Assembly: GCA_902760845.1 (NCBI GenBank)
Contig: CACWHX010000007.1
Coordinates: 10,050 to 74,049, forward strand
Length of the DNA stretch: 64,000 nt
Source: Oscillospiraceae bacterium
GTDB lineage: Bacteria; Bacillota; Clostridia; Oscillospirales; Oscillospiraceae
Reading direction: 5' to 3'
Made by a program: the position numbers and the translations under genes. Shown here in pieces: positions 18,923-25,057 of the stretch. Every line of letters begins with the position of its first letter. Position 1 is the first letter of the stretch. Below the pieces are notes generated by a model that had not been told where the DNA came from, did not search any database, and saw only the letters and a program-made list of their open reading frames with translations.

Positions 18923-20583
18923 TGGAACAGCTGGCGAAAAATCAGCGGCATACCGCGGAGATCACCGGATATGCTGCGGACGGCTCCGGCGTCTGCCGCG
19001 TCGGGGGCCGCGCGGTATTTGTAAAAAACACCGTCGTGGGCGAGACCTGGGAGATCCGCATCCTCAAGGTGACCGCTGCGGCGGTGTACGGGAAGGCGGA
19101 ACGCTGCGTCACGCCGTCGCCGAATCGGCGGGAGCCCCCCTGCCCTGTTTATCCGAAATGCGGCGGGTGCAGTCTCCTGCACATGACATACGACGAAGAA
19201 CTTCGCATGAAGCGCACACGCATAAACGACGCGCTGCGGCGGATCGGCGGGCTCGATTTTCAGATTACTGAAATCCTCGGCATGGACCGTCCGGAGCATT
19301 ACCGCAACAAGGCGATTTATGCCGCTGGCATGTCGGATGGTGTGCCGGTCAAAGGGTTTTATCGCGCGCTGAGTCACGATGTCATACCGGTAGCGTCGTG
19401 TCTTCTGCAGCAGCCGCTTGCCGACCGCGCGGCGGAGACCGTATGCCGCTGGATGGCGTCGCACAACGTCGCGCCCTATGACGAAGCGACCGGCAAAGGC
19501 ACGGTGCGTCACATTGTTATCCGCTGTGCCGCGCAGACCCCGGAGGCCGTGCTCTGCATCGTCTCGGCGCGCGGATTCGGCGCGCGGACAGAGCAATTGG
19601 TCGAGACGCTCCGCGCTCGGTGTCCGGAGCTCACCGGCATCGTGCTGAACGTGAACAAGCAAAAGGGCAATGTCGTGCTCGCCGGAGACTTTTATACGCT
19701 CTGGGGAAAGGCAGAACTGGAGGACGTTTTGTGCGGCCTTCGCTTCACACTCTCGCCGCAAGCGTTTTACCAGGTGAATCCGGTCCAGGCGGAGCGGCTG
19801 TATGCGCGCGCGGTATCGTACGCCGTCGCGTCGCCGGCGGATACGGTGCTGGATCTCTACTGCGGAGCGGGAACGATCAGCTTGTGCCTGGCGCAGCGCG
19901 CCGCGCGCGTGATCGGCGCCGAGATCGTGCCGGAGGCGGTGCGCAACGCGGCGGAAAACGCGAGGGCCAACGCCGTTGAGAACGCGGAGTTTCTCTGCGC
20001 CGACGCGGGCGAAGCCGCCGCCTTGCTGGCAGAGCGCGGCATGAGGCCCAATTGCGTTGTGGTCGATCCGCCGCGCAAGGGCATGGCCGAGGCGGCCACT
20101 CGCGCCGTCGCGTCCATGCGGCCGGAGCGTATCGTCTATGTCTCCTGCGACCCCGGAACGCTTGCGCGTGACCTAAAGCGCCTGCACGAGCTGGCCTACT
20201 CCCCCGCCGCCGGCACCGCCGTCGATATGTTTCCGCACACGGCAAGTGTGGAGACGGTATGTCTCCTAACCCGAGAAAAATCCGTCAAGAGCTACGCGTA
20301 TGTTGACATCACCCCGTCGGAGCTTGGCATGGGCGGAAAGGTCAAGAAGCCGACGTACAAGCAGATTCAGGCTTACGTGCTGGAGACGCACGGCCTGAAG
20401 GTGTCCCCGCTGTACATCGCGAACGTCAAGGACGAGTTCGGGCTGGAGAAGCAGTTCTCCTACGAAGAAGCCGGGATGTCGGCGAAGAAGCGTCCGAACT
20501 GCCCGCCGGAGAAGCGTGCGGCGATTATCGACGCGCTCATCCACTTCGGCATGCTGGACGAAGACGCCAGAGAGACCGAGTAA
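18922..20583 (+). CDS. rlmD: 23S rRNA (uracil-5-)-methyltransferase RumA/RlmD with a chimeric, element-derived C-terminal tail
   Basis: TRAM domain, Fe-S cysteines CPVYPKCGGCSLLH, SAM motifs DLYCGAGTISL, DPPRKG, VYVSCDP, FPHTASVETV. From about nt 20262 the ORF continues into about 105 non-RumA codons. Confidence 0.9.
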   Translation: MEQLAKNQRHTAEITGYAADGSGVCRVGGRAVFVKNTVVGETWEIRILKVTAAAVYGKAERCVTPSPNRREPPCPVYPKCGGCSLLHMTYDEELRMKRTRINDALRRIGGLDFQITEILGMDRPEHYRNKAIYAAGMSDGVPVKGFYRALSHDVIPVASCLLQQPLADRAAETVCRWMASHNVAPYDEATGKGTVRHIVIRCAAQTPEAVLCIVSARGFGARTEQLVETLRARCPELTGIVLNVNKQKGNVVLAGDFYTLWGKAELEDVLCGLRFTLSPQAFYQVNPVQAERLYARAVSYAVASPADTVLDLYCGAGTISLCLAQRAARVIGAEIVPEAVRNAAENARANAVENAEFLCADAGEAAALLAERGMRPNCVVVDPPRKGMAEAATRAVASMRPERIVYVSCDPGTLARDLKRLHELAYSPAAGTAVDMFPHTASVETVCLLTREKSVKSYAYVDITPSELGMGGKVKKPTYKQIQAYVLETHGLKVSPLYIANVKDEFGLEKQFSYEEAGMSAKKRPNCPPEKRAAIIDALIHFGMLDEDARETE

Positions 20584-20598
20584 ATACCGAACGAACAG

Positions 20599-20627
20599 GC
20601 CAGCGGGCAACGTCCCGCTGGCTTTTG
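20599..20627 (+). terminator. Rho-independent terminator after the chimeric rumA tail
   Basis: GCCAGCGGG-CAACGT-CCCGCTGGC followed by TTTTG. Confidence 0.7.
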
Positions 20628-20759
20628 TCGTATGTGGGCTTATTTTCTCAAAATTTTTCTCAAAAACTTATTTTAGACCGCCCCTCGCAGACGCCGACAG
20701 CATCGGCCTCCGCAAAGGCATTGCCCCAGGTCAGGCTATTTATCGGGTTGCACGAACTG

Positions 20760-20789
20760 TTGACAGTATGACACAACCCGAGTTATAAT
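20760..20789 (+). promoter_or_regulatory. Consensus sigma-A promoter inside the island
   Basis: TTGACA-18 nt-TATAAT read directly. Confidence 0.6.
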
Positions 20790-20911
20790 ATAGTCACAAG
20801 ATGAACGAAGGGCATCTTGGAACCGGGAAACCGGTCAGGTACTTTGATAAATGAATAAACACAACAAGATTCGTGACCATAAGTTCCTTAGCAGGCAACG
20901 CCAATAAGCCC

Positions 20912-20969
20912 TGCACAAGCCATAGACCGTGACGGGTTTATGCACAAGCCATAGACCGTGACGGGTTTA
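20912..20969 (+). repeat. Perfect tandem duplication, 2 x 29 nt
   Basis: TGCACAAGCCATAGACCGTGACGGGTTTA occurs at 20912-20940 and again at 20941-20969. Confidence 0.9.
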
Positions 20970-21058
20970 TGGTGACGGAGCACAGCGTCAAAGTGGGTTC
21001 ACTGTCCGCCCGATACTGAGCGGATATAACTTGCACGATTCCACATACATAAAGTGAG

Positions 21059-21135
21059 AAGCGGCGAATCCGAGTTGTGGCATATGGATTTATTTCCAAT
21101 ATGTCATGACTCGGGTTCGCCGCTTTTTTGTTTTT
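21059..21135 (+). terminator. Long-stem terminator ending the untranslated island transcript
   Basis: 17-bp stem AAGCGGCGAATCCGAGT / ACTCGGGTTCGCCGCTT (one G-U pair), 33-nt loop, then TTTTTTGTTTTT. Confidence 0.65.
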
Positions 21136-21159
21136 CAAACACAAAAGGAGGCAAAGGAA

Positions 21160-21441
21160 ATGGCAAACGAAAACAGCACGCAGACGGCTCTGCAGGAGCC
21201 TGATTCCGACATCGAGAAGCGGCTCGAAATCGAGAGCCTTTTCGGTGAGGTGGAGGCGGCGCGTTCCGAGATTAGCGCGCTCAACTGGTGCATCCAGCGC
21301 ATGGAGTACGCGCTCAGGAGCAGGAACATCCGTGGAGAAATCCGCCAGCTGGTCGTTGAAGCCCGTGACTGGGTGGACGACAGCAACAAGACCATCGCAG
21401 AGCTGGAGAAGCACATCACAACAATACGAGAGGAGATTTAG
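21160..21441 (+). CDS. Hypothetical small coiled-coil protein
   Basis: 93 aa starting MANENSTQ. RBS AAAAGGAGG. Heptad-like, E/R/I-rich sequence. No family recognised. Confidence 0.5.
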   Translation: MANENSTQTALQEPDSDIEKRLEIESLFGEVEAARSEISALNWCIQRMEYALRSRNIRGEIRQLVVEARDWVDDSNKTIAELEKHITTIREEI

Positions 21442-21788
21442 CAATGAGCACTTACGACATCAGCGGTCTGGATTGGCAGACGGCACACAACAACAGCACG
21501 GCAGCTCCGAGTTACCGTGAGAGCGACGGTATGACAAAGGTCGCAGATTCTTTCTATGAGGGACAGATTCACAGCGTGGACGCGGTGTTCTGCGAGGGTT
21601 ACCTGCGCGGATTGAACCACGCGCTGCGCATGCTCGGGCTTGAGATTATACCACTGGAACACCTCGTCCCACGGTGCGCAGTCACCGCTCACGAGTTCCA
21701 GCGGGCGCTTCGCCATCTCATTCGCGAGAACCATGTCCCCGGCGGTGCGTGCAAGGTCGGCGTATGTCTTGATGTTTTCGTATGCCAT
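21438..21788 (-). CDS. Hypothetical protein; only the 5' half looks genuine (antisense to 21444..21962)
   Basis: Strong RBS AGGAAGGGA lies 7 nt before ATG 21788. The N-terminus MAYENIKTYADLARTAGDMVLANEMAKRPLELV is protein-like, but the C-terminal part is Cys/Arg/Val-rich. Confidence 0.35.
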   Translation of the reverse strand: MAYENIKTYADLARTAGDMVLANEMAKRPLELVSGDCAPWDEVFQWYNLKPEHAQRVVQSAQVTLAEHRVHAVNLSLIERICDLCHTVALTVTRSCRAVVVCRLPIQTADVVSAHC

Positions 21789-21962
21789 TGTTGCTCCCTT
21801 CCTTTCTTCACGCGTACCGTCGAAGCCGCCCCGCGGCTTTTCCCCTGCATCATCCACCTCGCCCACCCCGTAAAAGGCAGCATCATCCACTCCGTACACA
21901 GCAGGAGGGTGGATTTGAGGTTGATGTGCTTCAAGTTTTTGAGAATTTCGGCCACTTTTTGA
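21444..21962 (+). CDS. Hypothetical protein; only the 5' half looks genuine (mutually exclusive with 21438..21788 minus)
   Basis: GAGGAG RBS lies 8 nt upstream. The N-terminal ~70 residues are protein-like, but the C-terminal part is Cys/Val-rich and runs into the repeat region. Confidence 0.3.
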   Translation: MSTYDISGLDWQTAHNNSTAAPSYRESDGMTKVADSFYEGQIHSVDAVFCEGYLRGLNHALRMLGLEIIPLEHLVPRCAVTAHEFQRALRHLIRENHVPGGACKVGVCLDVFVCHCCSLPFFTRTVEAAPRLFPCIIHLAHPVKGSIIHSVHSRRVDLRLMCFKFLRISATF

Positions 21963-22337
21963 GAATTTTAGGCCTGTTTTTGAGAATTTCGGAGAGTTTT
22001 TGAGAGTGAAAAAGGGCGCTCCGGGAGGCAAAAACGTTCGTAAACGAGGGTTTTTCTTTTATTTTTTCTTAAAAATTCTCAAAAACTCAAAAAAATTGGA
22101 AGAAAGTTCCTATAGAGCCTTTCAAAGTCCTTTGCCTATATATATAAAAGTTCCAAAAAAAATGAGTTTTTGAGAATTTAGCCCGTTTTTGCGCTTAGTA
22201 TGGCTTACTGTGGGATACTGTGAGCAAACGTGGTCTCAAAACATTCTCAAAAACGGCTTTTCACTCTCATTTTTGCCTTAAAATTCTCAAAAACTCAGCC
22301 CTCCTGCTGTGTACGGAGTGGATGATGCCTCCTTTTA
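21871..22337. repeat. Long inverted repeat (39 bp arms, inner 30 bp perfect) bracketing a 389-bp AT-rich repeat region
   Basis: The left arm at 21871-21909 is the reverse complement of 22299-22337 (37/39 matches). The perfect core is GCATCATCCACTCCGTACACAGCAGGAGGG. Confidence 0.85.
21935..22012 (+). repeat. Four phased iteron-like direct repeats (consensus GTTTTTGAGAATTTYRG)
   Basis: Copies start at 21935, 21955, 21976 and 21996 (spacing 20, 21 and 20 bp). Further copies lie at 22166 (+) and at 22075, 22243 and 22283 (inverted). Confidence 0.8.
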
Positions 22338-22355
22338 TGCGGGAGCGGCGCATGT

Positions 22356-22392
22356 AATAAAAAAGACGCCACCCGATTGTTCGGATGGCGTC
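22356..22392 (-). terminator. Rho-independent terminator of the surface-protein gene
   Basis: On the minus strand, GACGCCATCC-GAACAATC-GGGTGGCGTC followed by TTTTTTATT. Confidence 0.7.
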
Positions 22393-22411
22393 TGTGTCGC
22401 GACGGTATGTG

Positions 22412-23569
22412 TTAGCGGGTCGCTCCGCAGTCACAATACTGGTAGTCCACGTAAGTCTGTGTCTCGTAGTGGCCGTGGTCTTCCGTGTGGGAACCGACAG
22501 GGACGCGCTGAGTCTCGTAGATGGTTTCCATGCGGTAGTTATCGGCGTAACCCTGCTTAATGAGTTCAACGCCATGCGCCTTAGCTGTGCCGGGGTCTGT
22601 GGTCACGAAGCCGTCGTATGCGAAGATATACGTCGTGCCGACAGCTACCTGCTGGTCTGCGTAGTCAGTCACGGTTACAATGTTCGGAACCCAGACCTGC
22701 TTGGTCGCGGTGTGGTCCTTCCAGCTGTGGCTGTGCGCCGGTGCGGAAGGCTGGCTCGAAGAACCGCCTGAAGGCTTGCTGGAAGTGCTGGAACCGTTGT
22801 TGCTGGAACCGGAGTTTCCTGCGTTGGAACCGCTGTTGCCGTTGCTGTTGGCGTTGCCCTTGTCGCTCGTGTTGCCGTTATCGCCTGAAGGCGTCGTAGC
22901 CTCCGGCTTGCTGTCCACGTCGACCTCCTTGTCGGCGTCCGTGGCCTCCTGCTTTGTCTCGTCGGAGGCGTTCGGGTTGTTGGCCACGTTGCCTTCCAAC
23001 TTGTCGAGAATGTCCTTGCCGGCGTCGCCCTTCAAGGTCTCGTCACCGTTCTCGACGGCGTCCTTCGTCTGGTCGACGATGCCCTTGAGCATCTCGTCAG
23101 TCACCTTGTCGGCCGGGATTCGCGTCATCTCGCAGGTCACGCTCAGCGTGTCCGTCGCGTCGGCATCGACCGTCACGGTCTGCGCCTCGCCCGTGTCGAA
23201 CAGCTCGTAGGCGGAGCCGTCCGCGTTGACAGGGCTGATGAAGTCGACCGTGTAGTCTCCCTCTTCGAGGGTGACGGTCGATGTGCCCTTGTTGCCTTCG
23301 GCTTCCGGCGAAACCGCGTGGTAGAAGTCCACCTCATCGCTCGTGATATGGGCGATGGCCGGAGTGGAGTTCGCATCCCAGCCGGTGTCGGCGGTCACGT
23401 TGAGGACGAGGTCGGCGGTCTCATCCTTTGCTGTGCTGTTCTGCTTGTCTGCTGTGGAAAATGCGCCTGACGCTGCTGCAATTACGACGGCAACGACTGC
23501 GATGATAGCGATAGCGATTGCCGCTGTATGCGGTTTGTGAGATTTAATCCAGTCAGTTGCCTTCTTCAT
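22412..23569 (-). CDS. Membrane-anchored surface protein with S/G/N-rich linker (hypothetical)
   Basis: 385 aa. N-terminal anchor AAIAIAIIAVVAVVIAAASGAF, acidic middle domain, low-complexity linker GNANSNGNSGSNAGNSGSSNNGSSTSS, His/Cys-containing C-terminal domain ending YCDCGATR. Confidence 0.7.
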   Translation of the reverse strand: MKKATDWIKSHKPHTAAIAIAIIAVVAVVIAAASGAFSTADKQNSTAKDETADLVLNVTADTGWDANSTPAIAHITSDEVDFYHAVSPEAEGNKGTSTVTLEEGDYTVDFISPVNADGSAYELFDTGEAQTVTVDADATDTLSVTCEMTRIPADKVTDEMLKGIVDQTKDAVENGDETLKGDAGKDILDKLEGNVANNPNASDETKQEATDADKEVDVDSKPEATTPSGDNGNTSDKGNANSNGNSGSNAGNSGSSNNGSSTSSKPSGGSSSQPSAPAHSHSWKDHTATKQVWVPNIVTVTDYADQQVAVGTTYIFAYDGFVTTDPGTAKAHGVELIKQGYADNYRMETIYETQRVPVGSHTEDHGHYETQTYVDYQYCDCGATR

Positions 23570-23836
23570 TTAGTCCACCTCTATTCCTTCTGTGTCTGGG
23601 GCGTCAAACGTGAAGCCCGCATGGTCATCGTTGACTATTGTGGCAAGCCCGCCGAATCCTCCGAACGTCATGTCGTAGACGGTCTGTTTTTCAACAGGAG
23701 ACAGCTGGATGCTTTCATTGGTAATTGCGTCCCCGGCAGGGAAAGACCTTCTATCTATACCCCGTGTCAATACGTCGTAAGGGTCTTGTTCCTCATCGTT
23801 CACCTGTACTGTGGCGAAGGAGTATAGAAGAAGCAC
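23570..23836 (-). CDS. Hypothetical protein, probably 5'-truncated; stop abuts the start of 22412..23569
   Basis: The ORF opens only with a GTG at the junction with the recombinase remnant. Its stop codon directly precedes the next gene's ATG. No family recognised. Confidence 0.35.
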   Translation of the reverse strand: MLLLYSFATVQVNDEEQDPYDVLTRGIDRRSFPAGDAITNESIQLSPVEKQTVYDMTFGGFGGLATIVNDDHAGFTFDAPDTEGIEVD

Positions 23837-24219
23837 TCGATGAGGCCGAGGCGAAGCTGGAGAGCGCGAAAGAGAAGCAGGTCACGACCGCGAGGGTGTA
23901 CGAGATGCTGGACGAGTTCCAGGAGAAATTCGACACGTACGACCCGGCGAAGCAGAAGGAGATTCTGCAGCAGGTCGTGGAGCGTGTGGAGATAGACCCG
24001 GACGCGAACCCGAAGAAGGGCGACGCGATAGTGAAGCGCGTGCGCTTCAAGTGCCCCGTGTCGTTCTACAGAACGCTGCCGGAAGAGGCTTACGACGTGC
24101 TCGGCATCAACGAGTTCAACCGCCTCGAAACGACGGAATACACGCCTGATGGAAATTCCCGGGTTGATGGGAATCACGACGAGACGGTTGTGTTGTTGCA
24201 TAGATCAAAATCAAGCTGA
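23827..24219 (+). pseudogene. C-terminal remnant of a large serine recombinase, reading across attR into the last rumA codons
   Basis: EEALDEAEAKLESAKEKQ (coiled coil) ...FQEKFDTYDPAKQKEILQQVVERVEIDP...VKRVRFKCP matches the C-terminal pattern of large serine recombinases as I remember it. No resolvase catalytic domain is present upstream. Confidence 0.55.
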
Positions 24220-24282
24220 AGCAAAGTCAATTTGACGGATTCTGATTTTTGTTTGCCCGCGCGGGCGTTTTCTGAATTCATT

Positions 24283-24311
24283 TTGTTCTTTGCGCATCTG
24301 TGTGGTAAAAT
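24283..24311 (+). promoter_or_regulatory. Candidate promoter of pspC-PPC operon
   Basis: TTGTTC-17 nt-TAAAAT, with TGTGG just upstream of the -10 element. Confidence 0.45.
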
Positions 24312-24337
24312 ATCAAACAAACGGGAGGTAACCCATC

Positions 24338-24529
24338 ATGACAAAACGGCTGTACAAAATCGAAGAAGGCAAAATGCTGGACGGCGTTTGCGGCGGTGTC
24401 GCGGAATATTTCAATATTGATCCGACGGTGGTTCGCCTGATTTGGGCGTTCGCCGCAGCGTCCGGTGGTGGCGTCGTGGCGTATCTCATCTGTGCGCTGG
24501 TCTTTCCGAAGAAATCTGAGGTTATCTAA
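24338..24529 (+). CDS. PspC domain-containing protein
   Basis: LDGVCGGVAEYFNIDPTVVRLIW followed by a TM helix. 63 aa. Confidence 0.88.
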   Translation: MTKRLYKIEEGKMLDGVCGGVAEYFNIDPTVVRLIWAFAAASGGGVVAYLICALVFPKKSEVI

Positions 24530-24538
24530 AAGGAGGAC

Positions 24539-24961
24539 ATGATGCAATATAAACGATTTGACAATACGATCTTTGTCCGAATTGACAAGGGCGAGGAGAT
24601 CCTGGAACAGATCAAAGTCCTGGCTGAGGCGGAAAACATCAAGCTTGCAAGCGTGTCGGCGCTCGGCGCAACGAACGACTTTACCGTCGGCGTATTCAAA
24701 ACCGAGGAGAAAAAATACTACGCCAACCATTTCACAGGCAACTTTGAAATCGTCTCCCTCACAGGGACGATCAACACTCTGAACGGCGAATTTTACACCC
24801 ATATCCATATGAGCGCCGGCAACGACAGGGGCGAGGTGTTCGGCGGGCATCTCAACCGCGCGATGGTAAGCGCAACGTGCGAGATGGTTGTCACCGTGGT
24901 TGAAGGCCGCGTAGACCGTCGGTTTGACGAAGAAATTGGACTGAATCTCCTGCGGTTTTAA
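24539..24961 (+). CDS. PPC (DUF296) domain DNA-binding protein
   Basis: 140 aa. Pattern ...FEIVSLTGTI....HIHMSAGN..GEVFGGHL typical of PPC/DUF296. RBS AGGAGG. Confidence 0.85.
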   Translation: MMQYKRFDNTIFVRIDKGEEILEQIKVLAEAENIKLASVSALGATNDFTVGVFKTEEKKYYANHFTGNFEIVSLTGTINTLNGEFYTHIHMSAGNDRGEVFGGHLNRAMVSATCEMVVTVVEGRVDRRFDEEIGLNLLRF

Positions 24962-25057
24962 TCATCGACACGTTGCGGCATTCCTCTGAATGTCCTGTAT
25001 GTTAGCATGTCCGGATGGGGCAACCTATCAACAACGATTCTGAAAGGAGCGAAAACG

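Larger units (their letters stand above)
20259..24180. mobile_element. Decayed integrated element (serine-recombinase type) inserted in the 3' end of rumA
   Basis: An 8-bp GAGACGGT core occurs at 20251-20258 and 24181-24188. A RumA-like C-terminus ETVVLLHRSKSS* is displaced to 24181..24219. A recombinase C-terminal remnant abuts the right core. Composition is heterogeneous. Confidence 0.6.

Noticed and set aside
20912-21962. Type III toxin-antitoxin call (repeat RNA + terminator + toxin)
   Set aside because: Only two repeat units are present. As far as I can judge without a search, the downstream ORFs (a 93-aa coiled coil and an ambiguous 172-aa ORF) do not resemble ToxN/CptN/TenpN-type endoribonucleases. 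It is reported as an architectural analogy only.
21935-22294. Possible CRISPR array, because of short spaced repeats
   Set aside because: The repeats are only 11-17 bp with a 20-21 bp period, so there is essentially no spacer room. They occur in both orientations, and there are no cas genes. The layout is iteron/operator-like instead.
21871-22337. MITE or IS remnant defined by the 30-39 bp terminal inverted repeats
   Set aside because: No direct target-site duplication flanks the arms. The flanks continue as degenerate inverted sequence. There is no transposase, and the internal structure is symmetric repeat DNA. This is kept as a finding but not called a transposable element.
24255-24271. 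Original rumA terminator downstream of the displaced C-terminus
   Set aside because: GCCCGCGCGGGC plus a short T-run is a very short palindrome with a minimal loop. It is plausible but too weak to list as a feature.
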